A program made the position numbers and the translations under genes. Shown one piece after another: positions 22,391 to 34,199 of a stretch of 64,000 nt of DNA; positions within the stretch are counted from its first letter, which is position 1, and each line of letters begins with the position of its first letter. A model generated the notes under the pieces. The model worked only from the letters and a program-made list of their open reading frames with translations. It did no database searches and was not told the origin of the DNA. Source of the DNA: Dudresnaya verticillata. Lineage: Eukaryota. The stretch lies in the NCBI GenBank assembly GCA_977862235.1, contig OZ374566.1, forward strand, positions 930,001 through 994,000. Direction: 5' to 3'.

Positions 22391-24640
22391 AGGGTTTGTA
22401 TACTGTTCATAGCAATATTCTGAATCCCCTTCCGTTCCTGGCCGACGGATACTGCACAGCAGCAGGACCCTGCGCCTCTACTAGACCGGCCAAGCCCCAC
22501 CAACTCTTCTGCATAGAACTCAAGGTCTGAGTACACTGGCATTTCGCATGAACAGGAGAGAGTTCAATAGGAGAGCTTCGCATTTAATGGCCCACGGCGC
22601 CAAGGCTAACCAACCCTAAAGCTTGTAATGTTGGACTTAAGTTTTACTTCCACCACTATTTCCGCAGACATAGTTTACCATTACTATGTCTGCGGAAATA
22701 TCACCAAACCAAACATTCTCCGCCATCCTCTTGCATACCTTTCCTTCCGGATCGCGGCTGCACAAAATGTTCGAAGCAGACCATCGAGAGTTTGGCATCT
22801 TGTCACTGGTAGAGCAGGTGGCATCGGTCCGCTGAACCATACGGCAACCTTAAAAAAAATCACAAACAACTACTGCATTTCTTGGTCACATTATTGCTTT
22901 TTAGCACATGAAACCTATATTCCCTTCGTGAAGTTAAAAATCATTTCTTTGCAATGTAGGTAGTTTTCAAATGAGACACTACGTAGTAGGAGCAAGGGTA
23001 GTACATGGATTCCGATCGGTCTACCGATTTAATAGGAGCTGCAATGTGAAAGCTGTCTGTTCAAATCTCGTATGACTTTGTGCAGGACTGTACGCCAGGA
23101 CCCTTTCCGTTCTATTTTTCTTGGTTTCAACTGAAGTCCCTGCAGGCATATTCCAACTTATAGTGTTTTTCTTGAGCGTACCACAGGGCGTTATAGGACG
23201 TGAGAGGTTCGAATTCTTCTACTGCCAATAGAGAACACTTTGGTACTGATGAACGAAATAGTTTTAGAAAGTGATAACAAACAAGGGGCGAAGAAAATCT
23301 TTGCCAATCCAAAAACCTCTCTAATCTACAACTCACGCCGAAACGTTTTAAGAGTCATATACCGCAACTTGAGAATGACGAACGGGTTAGTTTATTTTCA
23401 AGAATACTATGAACTAGAGCTGTTGTCTTCTGTGGTCTCTTATTGTTGAAGCCCCTTACAATATTCGTAAACAAGCATCATGTGCACATCATTGCCGTCA
23501 ATGCCAGTTCACGGTTTCCGTCTGTACCATCGCCTGAGGCATTGTGTTGGCTGCTCACTGTGGCACCACTGCCACTGCCACTGAAAGAAATTCATTTCCT
23601 GACTATCTGAACTGCACCTTATTTGTAAGAGATTAAATCTTTCGCAGATGCACGGGTATCTTCTGTGCACTGATAATGCATATATAGTTGTGTGTACAAT
23701 GCAAGCAGTTGTACGATATGAAAGAGCATAGCTGGCTAGCAGTGCAGTGTAGTAGGAGGTTTTTAGTACAAGTAGTACTTAAGCTAGCATGTTTTTCGTT
23801 TTTTTGTAAGAAGGAAGGCATCAGCAAGGACCCGGGTAATACGTATTGATCAAGTTAAAGTATATTTCTACCACCGAGCCCTCCACTTTCTTACATTATT
23901 GCGGCTTGTACAAGTACTGCAGTCGTCTCTGATGTTTTCTTTTTACCACTCTTATCCCATTTTCTGCGTCTCGCTCTTCTTCTTCTTCAGAAGCAGTTTT
24001 CAAAAACTTATGAATGCGTTGAGCTACACCCTCCGAGATGGCCTTGCAGAAACGATCTAATGCCACCTCAATAAGAGAAATTTGAGAAACTCGTTATCCA
24101 TAATATGAGAAAGATAGTATAGAAATGCGTCCTGGAGCTCCGCACCATAGTACGCTTGCCTCAGAATAGTCTAGCTAGGAGACGACAAAAGCCTGAAGCC
24201 AGGAGGCTCGACGTGCGGCACCTTGTTTGCCTGCGTCGTTCTCACAATGACAACTGGACAGGTACATCACAGATGAGGGTGCAAATTATCCCGAAAAATA
24301 GGCTGCGGCGCATATTTCCGAACTCTCCCCAGCATCGAATGCAACAGTAGGAGGGTGATGCGAAGCGGAGCTCGGGCCTGCCCACCAGACGTCCAAAATC
24401 GTGGTCGGGAGCAAATCCGACAGGCGCACTACCTGTAGCGCACCCCCAACAACTCAAGAACTCAAAGAATTCGCGGACGAGAGTCTCTGATCGGGTGCTG
24501 AAACCAAACACCTCAACTGATTGTAAGTCGAAACTTGGCCGCGTAGGAGCCTCCTTTTGAACTGAGCAAGCAAGACTAGATTGGCTTCATTTTTGTGTGG
24601 GAGGTTCGTTCGGTCATCAGTGGGCTTCGCGATTTTCCTT

Positions 24641-25513
24641 ATGGGAGAAAGGAATTTGGTATCCAGGAACCTAGGGTTTGCCGCGACACTTTCCTTCGGG
24701 CATTTGCGCCCGAGCTCCGTGTTTCCGTCAAGATGTCTGGGACTTTGCAGGCGCAAACCTAGTAGACTGCAAGCATTGTCCCCGAAAATCCGCACCAAAT
24801 GGGCAGTAACGGCAACATCATCGAACGGTCCAGGAGATGATGAGGATGATCACGCGGACTACACCCCTACTGAGGACGAGGCCTTAGACAAATTGCAGCG
24901 TTCTGTGCCGGCGGTCAAGGAAATCGACGTGGCTGTGACGAAGGGACGGCTGCTCAAGATCCTCTCAGCTCTGATTAACCTGGACACCCAGCGCGGCAAA
25001 GTTCAACAGCTGATTCAGCAACTAGAAGGTGTGAACAACACGCCCGCAACTGAAGCGTTTACTGAACTTGCACTTTCCGGAGAGTGGGTCTTGTTGTTCT
25101 CTTCATTCAGAACGTTGACAGATGGAAACATCCGAATACGAAAAATAGGCCAAGTACTTGACGTGGAGAACAAGAATCTGAGGAACAGGGCAGTTTGGAG
25201 TTACGCCTCCGCAGATGGCAAGTACGGGTTCTGGGCAGAGCTCAATGTGCTTTGTTCCTATAAGTTTGTTGGACCTGCCAGGATGGAAGTTGCTGTCGAA
25301 GACCACAAAGTGGCAATACTTCCGAAAGAAGGGGAAAAATGCGATGTTCCGCAAGACATGACATCTGTTGTGTTACAGATGCAACGCAGTCTGCCGATTG
25401 AATTTTTTGATCCTTCCGGACTCATTGAGACTACCTACATTGAACCAGGCTTCCGTATTGCTCGATATCTCGGAAAGAGGCTAGCGGGCGTTCGAAACGT
25501 CTACCAACGTTAG
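24641..25513 (+). CDS. Divergent PAP/fibrillin-like plastid protein
   Basis: Ser/Arg-rich N-terminal extension; VQQLIQQLE...LSGEWVLLFSS; IGQVLD; GLIETTYIEPGFRIAR resembles the fibrillin C-terminal motif. Confidence 0.7.
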   Translation: MGERNLVSRNLGFAATLSFGHLRPSSVFPSRCLGLCRRKPSRLQALSPKIRTKWAVTATSSNGPGDDEDDHADYTPTEDEALDKLQRSVPAVKEIDVAVTKGRLLKILSALINLDTQRGKVQQLIQQLEGVNNTPATEAFTELALSGEWVLLFSSFRTLTDGNIRIRKIGQVLDVENKNLRNRAVWSYASADGKYGFWAELNVLCSYKFVGPARMEVAVEDHKVAILPKEGEKCDVPQDMTSVVLQMQRSLPIEFFDPSGLIETTYIEPGFRIARYLGKRLAGVRNVYQR

Positions 25514-26100
25514 TGGGAATAATAGAGGGAATGAATTGCCTGACAACGAAGAAAGTGCCTAGCACTGCGTGGAATGGATTACAAGCCTCGATTTGTCCAA
25601 GAATGTTGCTGTCGTGCAGCTGCAGCGCTTTTCTTCGAGCAATTTTCGGATGTGTCTACGAGTCCAAGAATGAGTGCCATACGAGAGAAGCTTGTCCTCC
25701 GTTGCTCTCCAGAAAAGATCTTTTCATGAGGCAGGTGACCTTAAAAGTATCTAAAAATACGAAGGTACAGTACGCGATTTTCTCTGTATTATTTTTCTGC
25801 TAATTTCTAGCTACACGTACCGCTTGTGCTCGACCGCTCTGCTGTCTACCGCGGCACCTACGAAGGTACACTATACATGTTATCTCGACGACATTCCAGA
25901 GTTTGGCGGCCAGAAGGTTGGTGTCTCGTCAGCCACCCGCTCTTCTTGGACCAAGAGCCTATTGTGCGAAGCTGAGGTTGAGAGGCAGTGATCTTCCATG
26001 CTTGATAACCCCCGTTACAGTACTATCGAACTCAAGCTTGAATTGCTGCGGTTCAAGGTCAAGCCTGAAACTTCTTTCCGGTTGAGTGCAAGGGAATGAT

Positions 26101-27225
26101 ATGGATGAGCTTCGGGCCCGTTTTGGCAGGGTTCTGTGCGTTGAACGCGACGCTATTCGATCGAGTGAGAAGAGAACCTTTAACCGTTTGTTGTACAAGA
26201 ATCGCAGTCAGCATCGACATGGCTTTTACTTCAAGCGATTGGAACACGTAAGAAGACTGATGAGGAAAGTTGACGAGAGCGCAGTTTGGAACTCGCTGCG
26301 GTCAGCTCTAGGCGATTCTCACGTGAAGCGGAAGGGCAGGAAAAAGCCACCCCCGTTATGCATATCTACAGTAACTTCGGATGACCTGGAACAAGCAGCC
26401 TTGCACCTCAATTGCCTTGTCTCTATCATCCCAACTACATCCCGAAGGGTGACGACGGAACTCGTTTCTCGGCAGCACTTCCTTCCTTTCGCTGTTTCAG
26501 TCCTTGCCGCTCTGGCTCGCCTTTTCGCAACAGAGCAAAAGCTGCTATCCGAGCTTCGCGGAGCTGCCGTGGAGACGAAACTTCTTTTAGGGATCAGACG
26601 TGATGAGTCCTCGAGCATGCAGCAACACACTTCCGCTGAAAACTTCGATGAAGACTTAGGCAATGCAATCGAATTAGCACAAGGCGGGGGAGACACGATG
26701 CTGCAATCGCTCCCCAATCCCCACTTGAATGATTCTCAAGAAGGACTCGAGGTTAAGGACAATGTTGTCAGCGCCGTAGATACTATTCGGATAAGTGGGT
26801 ATCGTTCTCAAAGGCCGGGCAAGCCTGCCCGGTCGGCACGGCAAAGACAAGAGGAACAAAAGCCTTCCTTGTACGGAATATTGGTCCAGCACGAGGGACA
26901 AAGCGATCCTGATACTCGTCCCCTGTCAGGAAATAACGCCCGAACCAACTCGAGTGTATGTCTACCGGAAAAGCGCAGTCACGACAGCTCTGCAGCGGGC
27001 GAAACTCAGCCCACGAAGAAACGCAGATTTAGCCACACCAAAGGCCCGGAAGAGATCCGGAAGTCTGGAAAGGGCGCTTGGAACCGCGATATGAGCAAGG
27101 CGACACAAGCTGTACCACATGTGGTGACGGACGGGAAGGCAGAGTCCCCAGCTGTTGGGCATGACTCTCACTCAAGTTGTGAGTCTGAGGATCTGGACGA
27201 CATATTTGATGCACTGGAAGAGTAG
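26101..27225 (+). CDS. Nepro/Rmp1-like (DUF4477) nucleolar protein, putative RNase MRP subunit
   Basis: RLLYKNRSQHRHGFYFKRLEHVRR; HFLPFAVSVLAALARL; acidic tail DLDDIFDALEE; basic NLS-like patches. Confidence 0.7.
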   Translation: MDELRARFGRVLCVERDAIRSSEKRTFNRLLYKNRSQHRHGFYFKRLEHVRRLMRKVDESAVWNSLRSALGDSHVKRKGRKKPPPLCISTVTSDDLEQAALHLNCLVSIIPTTSRRVTTELVSRQHFLPFAVSVLAALARLFATEQKLLSELRGAAVETKLLLGIRRDESSSMQQHTSAENFDEDLGNAIELAQGGGDTMLQSLPNPHLNDSQEGLEVKDNVVSAVDTIRISGYRSQRPGKPARSARQRQEEQKPSLYGILVQHEGQSDPDTRPLSGNNARTNSSVCLPEKRSHDSSAAGETQPTKKRRFSHTKGPEEIRKSGKGAWNRDMSKATQAVPHVVTDGKAESPAVGHDSHSSCESEDLDDIFDALEE

Positions 27226-27275
27226 AGGGAGTCAGTGCTTAGTCATCGTCTAATCTCTGGTATCTAGGCGCGGAA

Positions 27276-28373
27276 TTACTTGGCTCCATTCGTTTTCCCC
27301 GCCTCTTTCCGCCGTTGCTTCGCTTGGAACTCGTGAGCAGATTTGTACTTCGGCAGTTGGTCTCGTGGCGTTGGGAAAGGTTGCGTCCAAAACCAGTCAT
27401 GGTCAAGTGCTTGATACGCACTCGGCCTTTTCTTGGGGTCAAGCTGGAGCAGCCATTCTATCAAGTCGACGGCGCCGGGGCTCAAATGGCTGAGAGTCTC
27501 CCTTAGACGGGGCCGATAGTTCTGGTTCTTGACTATGTGAGTGAGTGGCAGTTCAGTCCACTTCGGCCACGTTTCCTCAGTAGGAGTCCCCAGCACTCTA
27601 AAGATCTTGTCGATTTGCTGTGCCTCATCCTTGCCGGGAAAGAGCGGGCTCTTTGACAAGAGTTCAACCAGCAGACATCCAACAGACCATATGTCAACCT
27701 CAGGCCCGTATTGTTCAGCACCGAGAAGCAGTTCGGGTGAACGGTACCAAAGCGTGATGACTCTGTTCGTATACTTTCGCAGACTATCGTTGAATGTGCG
27801 CGCAAGACCGAAATCAGCAATCTTCAGATTTCCTTTGTTATCGATCAGCAGATTAGAGCCCTTGATATCCCTGTGCAAAACTTCGCGCTCGTGGCAGTAC
27901 CAGAGACCGGACAAAAGCTGCTTTGTATAGGTCTTGACCTGGGCCTCTGTAAATATGACATTCGGTGTGTCCATCAACCCGCTCAGGTCATGGTCGACGT
28001 ACTCAAAGACCATGTAGATCTCATGCTTGTTACGCCGTGTCTTGTTGCGGTTCTGGTTCTGTCCAGTAACTATCTCTTTCAAGTTGACGATGTTCTCATG
28101 TCGGAGTGAGCGGAGCATTTTGAGCTCTCGGATGGCAGTGATTGGGAAGCCCTCCTTCTCCTGATCCATTCGAACCTTCTTCAAAGCGACGATTTCGCCT
28201 GACTCCTTGTCCCGGCCCATCCAAACCTGACCGTAAGTACCCTCTCCAATCTGCTCAATCTCCTCGAAATCAGTGACATCGCGAGACCATCTCCAGCGCT
28301 TGCGAGAGGGCGCCTGATTGATGGAGTCGTCCAGCGCGACATCAACGGCACCATTCGTGTCTGGCAACGACAT
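27276..28373 (-). CDS. CDKC: C-type cyclin-dependent kinase (CDK9/12-like CTD kinase)
   Basis: IGEGTYGQV, EGFPITAIRE, HRDIKGSN, YTNRVITLWYRSPELLLG. Confidence 0.93.
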   Translation of the reverse strand: MSLPDTNGAVDVALDDSINQAPSRKRWRWSRDVTDFEEIEQIGEGTYGQVWMGRDKESGEIVALKKVRMDQEKEGFPITAIRELKMLRSLRHENIVNLKEIVTGQNQNRNKTRRNKHEIYMVFEYVDHDLSGLMDTPNVIFTEAQVKTYTKQLLSGLWYCHEREVLHRDIKGSNLLIDNKGNLKIADFGLARTFNDSLRKYTNRVITLWYRSPELLLGAEQYGPEVDIWSVGCLLVELLSKSPLFPGKDEAQQIDKIFRVLGTPTEETWPKWTELPLTHIVKNQNYRPRLRETLSHLSPGAVDLIEWLLQLDPKKRPSAYQALDHDWFWTQPFPTPRDQLPKYKSAHEFQAKQRRKEAGKTNGAK

Positions 28374-30230
28374 TGTTATGGGCTTCCTTCAGCACCTTAG
28401 GTCTCAAAGGAGTAGGTTCCTTTTGAAAGGGCGTGGGTTGACGAGTTCCAAGCACTACTCGGAGCTCGAAAGAGCTCAAAAGGCGGACTAAACTGCAACG
28501 GTGTTCTTGTCGCTCAGCTGTTTCAGCTGCTCTCAACCAGAAGAGGCCTCTAGACGGGCGCAGAAATAGCTTCTGTGGTGTTTGTTCAAGCAAGAGTGTA
28601 GCCGATATGGGAAAGGTCGGGAGGGGTGGGGGAGGGCCGAGCGGTGAGTTCGGCAATATGAACGGCACTGGAACAGGCGGAGAAGCTTTGTCGCCAGCAT
28701 TTAGATCCCGACCGACGATGCTCGTCCGCCATAAACTGCAGCATTTCATATCATAATCACTGTAAGCCTGCCTTTTCACAAAGCTCTCAGAATTTGCCAA
28801 CCGGACGTGAACATAACATTATTTACGGTACGATGGGTTGGTGGGTTGGGCAGTGGAGCGAGGGTGCGCAACCTTCGATGGGGTTGATGAAGAGTCCGAG
28901 CGCGACACGAACAATGAAGCAACAGCTGCTGCGTTGCCTAGAAGCGAATAGTAGTGTCGATTCGTTGGGTGCGTAGATTTCGCAGCAACAATAATACTCT
29001 TGTCTGGAAATGCCGTTGTGTAGTTGCACGCAATGCACTACTCGTGCTCAATCAGCTGCGCATTGTGCTCCCCGGTGCAAAAAGGAACGGAAACGGTTCA
29101 AACCTGACTTTTTCGGGCCCTATTGGGAGAAGGAGAGCAACATATGCTTTACAAACTTAGCTTATGGCCAAATATATCGTGTTGAAGACTGTGCTTCACT
29201 CTGCCCCTTCCTCTCGAACTGAATCCAAGCCTCCCACCCTCCGTCTTTCCGGCTTTGTTCTCTGTTTCCAGGCGCTCGCTACTAATCGCCGCGGATTAAT
29301 CACAGTTATCCTTTACTGGTCCGAAACGGCTGGTAGAATAGGCATGCTGTAGAGCAACAGCAAGGTTTCCAGTTCTCTCTCTCTCTCTCCTCTCTCCACG
29401 TTCCCACCAACTTACCATCCCCTCACGTCAAGATCTCAGTAATGACCATAGCAACCATTAATAGCAATGACCATAAACATACACACTCTCCTTCCTATCG
29501 CAGGGTAAGATAAAGTACAGCGACTTGGGTTCTGAATTGAGGACCGGTCCGCTGATTTCAGTAGAATTTGAGGACTGCCATACTTTCACGATTCAGTGAC
29601 ATTCAGGGCCATCGTTGGCACTCGCAGCCAACTAGAATCCTGCACGTATTAGCACTGCTCCTCAAATCTGATTTGCCGGCGCAGCACAGGCCTTTCGATC
29701 CTCTCTCCGGGCAACCGCCGGCGTGTTGGAGAGGGAATGTGCAGCATCGGCTTCGGGTGCATTTCGGACCGTGCAAGACATTGGCGGCTTCCTCAGCAGA
29801 GATACTCGTAACCCAAGGCCTTGGTAGACACATCCTGAGCTTCGAGGCAATGCTTGGAAGCGTGCTCGCTCGATTTTCCGTTACGGAGTGTGAATGTGGA
29901 AGCTTTCCTGCTGATGCCGTTCTCTGATTGACGTTCTTGTCAGTGCTACTTTTCATCACTTCAGCACAGCAATTTTGCACTCAAAACGCACAAGACCCCT
30001 CACGAAGGCAACTCTTGGGAAGCAGCAACTATTTACATGTCCTAGACGGAACAACTACTTCTCCAACTCCCAAACCCATTATCGCAGAAGCGACGAAAGC
30101 AAGAAATGCAAGCAGGCAATTCATCAAGGTCTCAACTGAGTTTCACATCAAAAGGTGATGTGAATGCATCGCATCGGCCCCCAGACGGAATACAAGGAAG
30201 GCCGATCTCTCCAAATGGTCAAGTCGCTCC

Positions 30231-31493
30231 CTAGCGACCTGACCGAGACCTCTGTGACACCGTCGCATGACCACGTGGGCTTCGGCGGTGTCCATTGTGA
30301 TGATAGACATGCTTCGGCTTCCTGCCTTGCTTCTGATGCTTTCCCGTCTTACGTGGTTTGGCCCCCGCAACTGCCTCATTCACGTAGTCGTTGCCGGTGT
30401 GTCCTTCTAATTGCCGGCTCAACCTTCTCGGTGATGGAGACCCATCTCCAGTGTCATCTACCCTGTCCTGTTCATGCTGGCATTCCCGATGCTCCAGCGA
30501 ATCCTCAGCGTCAAGTTCTGGCTTGAGCTCAGGCTCCTGATGCACTCGGGGGACGGTCAGTTTCGGGTGGGAGGTCGGTACCATTCCGAAAACAAGTTTC
30601 TCGGCAGGCACTGGTTTCATTGGGAGGATCGCCGGAACAAGAGATACCTCCTTGAGCCAGTAGGCGGCTGAGGATGCCCGGTCGTACTCGATAACAAGAG
30701 TATTCATGCGTGGCTTGTTCAGCAGCAGCTCTGGGCCGATACACACGTCCAACACAGAGAAGACGTTTGGATCCGGTTCAGCTGCCTCTAAGACAGTGGT
30801 ATTGTTAAGCTTGACGTGGATACGAGCCTTGTCCAGTGATGGGGATTGAGACCTGGAAGTCACTACATCAAGAAACGGGGGGCCGAGCGACATCTCAGTC
30901 ATGTGGGCGGCGTTGACCGGAGTTGCACGCGGTGAAGCGTCTACTGTTTGATCCTCCGACGGCTCAGCTGGCTCAGAGGCGTGGATGAGGCGAATGCGCA
31001 TGCCATCCATTGGGAACGGACCAGCCGGATCAAGCGTGAAATCACAAGCAACGGACGGGACGGCGACAGGAACGGACGCCTCCTTATGGCGGCCACCAAA
31101 AACGTAGCAGCTGTCGGTGGAGTCCGGGTGGACGGCGACCTCGATACCGCCTCTTGCGCGGACCTCTGCAAAACCCTTGCGGAAGTGGGCGGGGAGGCCG
31201 GCGACGAAGGCGCCCACGGCGAGCCACCAGCGGCAGACCAGGTCTGTGGCGAGACGGGAAACGGTGGTGGCCGAGAGCGTGTTCGTATGCGGAGGGGCTA
31301 CACCAAGATGGCGGCGGGCTACACTGGCCCATATGTACGGGTCGGCGGCTGTAGCAGCTGTGGTGCGTGACAGCTGCGAGTAAACTGCGATTTGGGACGG
31401 GGTGAGATGGTCGAAGAGATGAAGCAGGACATCATGCGGGAGCGATGTCAAGGTGAAGGTTTTGGCGGGCTTGGGGCCCGCTTGTGTGCTCAT
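30231..31493 (-). CDS. F-box protein with predicted beta-rich central domain and basic tail
   Basis: N-terminal LTSLPHDVLLHLFDHL...SQLSR...DPYIW F-box pattern; 420-aa ORF. Confidence 0.8.
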   Translation of the reverse strand: MSTQAGPKPAKTFTLTSLPHDVLLHLFDHLTPSQIAVYSQLSRTTAATAADPYIWASVARRHLGVAPPHTNTLSATTVSRLATDLVCRWWLAVGAFVAGLPAHFRKGFAEVRARGGIEVAVHPDSTDSCYVFGGRHKEASVPVAVPSVACDFTLDPAGPFPMDGMRIRLIHASEPAEPSEDQTVDASPRATPVNAAHMTEMSLGPPFLDVVTSRSQSPSLDKARIHVKLNNTTVLEAAEPDPNVFSVLDVCIGPELLLNKPRMNTLVIEYDRASSAAYWLKEVSLVPAILPMKPVPAEKLVFGMVPTSHPKLTVPRVHQEPELKPELDAEDSLEHRECQHEQDRVDDTGDGSPSPRRLSRQLEGHTGNDYVNEAVAGAKPRKTGKHQKQGRKPKHVYHHNGHRRSPRGHATVSQRSRSGR

Positions 31494-33095
31494 CGTGATG
31501 ATGTGTTGAGTGTTGTACGGTTATGGGAGACGGAGTAGGGTGGGGATTGTAAGGGTTGTTGTGGGAGACTAACGCGGGGATCTGGCAGGGCGGGCTGGGA
31601 GGACGTGTAGATCGAAGCAGATGCGGCTGGGGCGGCAGAGGGGTAGGTTGAAATAGCGGTGAGCGGGCAGCTGAGCTGAGGGAGATTGCGATCGGGGGGG
31701 GGGGCGCGCTTTGGAACTAGTGAGAAAGGCGGTTGCTGTGGTGCGCAGTGTTGGGCGAGGTTTGTGCGTGCTGCCAGTGTGAAAGCCAAAAGCAACGGCC
31801 TTACGGTGGTGCAAGACAGGAAGTTCCAGCAGGTTCTTGCCCGGCACGGGTCCACGACAATGGTTGTGAGGAGGGTGTGAGCGGGGCAGCAGAAAATGTG
31901 CAGTTTTTCAGGAGAGGGCTGGGCCGCGGTGTGTACGCAGGTTACTCGGCGCACTTGGACGCGCGCCATTGGGCGTCTTGGCGTGCAGCGCGCCACGACG
32001 GGCCCGTCGTGCCGAGATATTGAGCACTGGCAGCCAATGGGCGTGCAGAACGGTGTTGAGATATCTGAGTGGCGATTGTGGCGGGAGCACTGCAGCGAGC
32101 GGTGCACTTGTCGGGCCAGCCGAAATATCGTGGGCGCTGTTGCGGTGCCAGATTGCGCCCAGATCGCGTCTCCGTTTTGGATGGCCGCCGTTGCCTGTGT
32201 CCGTCGCAAGGCGATGGTGGCGGTTGCACGCTGCCCGGCGCGTGTCATATCCACCATTTTGAATGGTACGCTTCGCGTCACCTGCTGCCCCGTGATTTGC
32301 GCGCCCATTCGTCATCCAGTCACGACTTCGAACACTCAAATGTACCATTCCACGCACGGTACCCCCACCGATCGAGCCCGCCCCATCTGCCATCCTTTTC
32401 TTCCCTATTTCTGACCCTACTCTGCTACTGTTGCAGGACAACATCTGCAATTGTCGGGCTCAATCGCGGCCTTCCAGGAAGGTTACTACAGTAGGAAGGG
32501 CCAGCTGAAAAGCATCGAATGTACCATTCTGTACCAAGGACCGGTCGGTACAGTTGTAGTGCGGCTGGCCGGAGGCCCAGGAGCACCGACAGCATCCCGA
32601 TCAGCTTGTTTTCACCATACCACTGTCATATCGTGCTTGCCATAGGGAGAGCAATTATCAATTGACCCGCAGGGGCGGTCGGGCGCCCAGAGCGACATAG
32701 AGCGTTGGGCGTTCAGCGTACGCTCTGAATCTAGAGATGTCGCACCAGCTGAATGGCAGAGGGGCGCTCTGTTACGGTACTTTACGTGCGCTCGTGCTCT
32801 TACGTTGTCACGAAAAGGACTGCATTCCCTGATGCCTAGCAGTCGCAGTAGCAATGCGCAGTAGACATGCCCCTCGCCCCGGCGACGTCCCATGTATTTG
32901 TGAAGCAAACCGCGGTTCAAGATTACTACATCGCTGCTTAAAAAAGCTTTCCAGCGCATCCTGTTACTCACCTGTCATGTTATCGCTGGACTAGCTCAAA
33001 CCTAATTTGCAACTATGGAACAAACGCGAACCTGCCTCTCACTAAGCAGTGCCGCCGAAGTTGACTCCTCCGTAACTCTCAAGCACATGGCAACG

Positions 33096-34199
33096 TCAAG
33101 AGGAAATATCACGCACCTCTTCAACCACAGCAGCACATACAGGTGCAGTACAGAATCCGCCCACTGCGAACTTGCGAAAGGCATCTGCCGCCCCGTTTTT
33201 GACATGCTCCATATCTGCAACACAAACACTTCCATCCATTTGATGCACGGCCGTAACAAGCCCTTTGCCTACGCAAAAGTCTCTCGGCACTTCCCCACCA
33301 CTTGGAACAGAGGCCATCTCTCCCTTTCGATATCCACTGACCACCAAATGCCAAATTCTATCGCACCCGTTGCCACGCTCGCTTACAAGTACACCATTTC
33401 TACCATCCATCTGAATCGCACCAAGAGTCCCGCTCCCTACTGCTAACCTGAACTGCTCCACCTCTTGCATCTTGTATGATCCGTCACTCCCTGCAATAAC
33501 CTGCACTTTCGACACAGCTCTTGTCTTGGCAAGTGCAACATATATTACTTCCCTGTCATCTAAAGCCTGTACCGCATGTCTCGGATAGGTTTCCTCTCCG
33601 AGTTCCAGCACGCATTTCATTTCAAGTTTCTGCTGTCCTCCACATGCAACAAGCGAAACTCTGTCTGCGGTTGGATCGCAAACAAATACCAGCATCTCGT
33701 CCTTCCCACTACGAATCGGCAAAGTCATATGCACGCTGGACTTTCCAGACCAGCCAGCCCCGTATGATTCTGCAGGCCTAATGGAATCGGCAGGCTCAAG
33801 ACGTCCGTCTTGAAGTGCGGCAAATGACGACACACTGCCATCTCCAAAGCATCCAGCCACCACGCCTCCATCTGGCAGGATTGCCACGTGCGCAGGCGCA
33901 CGGCCACACACAGCCTGGTCCAAACGCGTCAGTGACCCGTCAGAGTCCAGTCGCAATCTCGTGATTGTTCCGAACGGCGCTATCGGAACCTCATTCACGG
34001 CAAAGACTTCTATCCGCCCCTTAGTCGGATACCGTATTGCAAGATACGATGGGTTCGGGCCGGCAATGGATGCTGACGTTGTTCGCTTAACAAATACGCC
34101 ACTGCTTGACACATTCAACGTAAGAATTCCGGGACCATCGGCATGTGGAACGTGCGGGACAGGCTCAGTGTACGTTCCTACTAATACCAAGTGGGGCAT
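33096..34199 (-). CDS. 7-bladed beta-propeller lactonase (6-phosphogluconolactonase Pgl/YbhE, cycloisomerase-2 family)
   Basis: VLVGTYT, NPSYLA, FAVNE, PAHVAI, DGSVSSF, YPRH, SGGEVPRDF. Confidence 0.85.
   Translation of the reverse strand: MPHLVLVGTYTEPVPHVPHADGPGILTLNVSSSGVFVKRTTSASIAGPNPSYLAIRYPTKGRIEVFAVNEVPIAPFGTITRLRLDSDGSLTRLDQAVCGRAPAHVAILPDGGVVAGCFGDGSVSSFAALQDGRLEPADSIRPAESYGAGWSGKSSVHMTLPIRSGKDEMLVFVCDPTADRVSLVACGGQQKLEMKCVLELGEETYPRHAVQALDDREVIYVALAKTRAVSKVQVIAGSDGSYKMQEVEQFRLAVGSGTLGAIQMDGRNGVLVSERGNGCDRIWHLVVSGYRKGEMASVPSGGEVPRDFCVGKGLVTAVHQMDGSVCVADMEHVKNGAADAFRKFAVGGFCTAPVCAAVVEEVRDISS

Noticed and set aside
23195..23230. ggttcgaattc...gcca as a tRNA 3' end
   Set aside because: The T-stem does not pair properly and no D-arm, anticodon arm or acceptor partner is present
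31490..32450. 272-aa and 180-aa minus-strand ORFs upstream of the F-box gene
   Set aside because: GC-rich leader with few stop codons and no domain-like content
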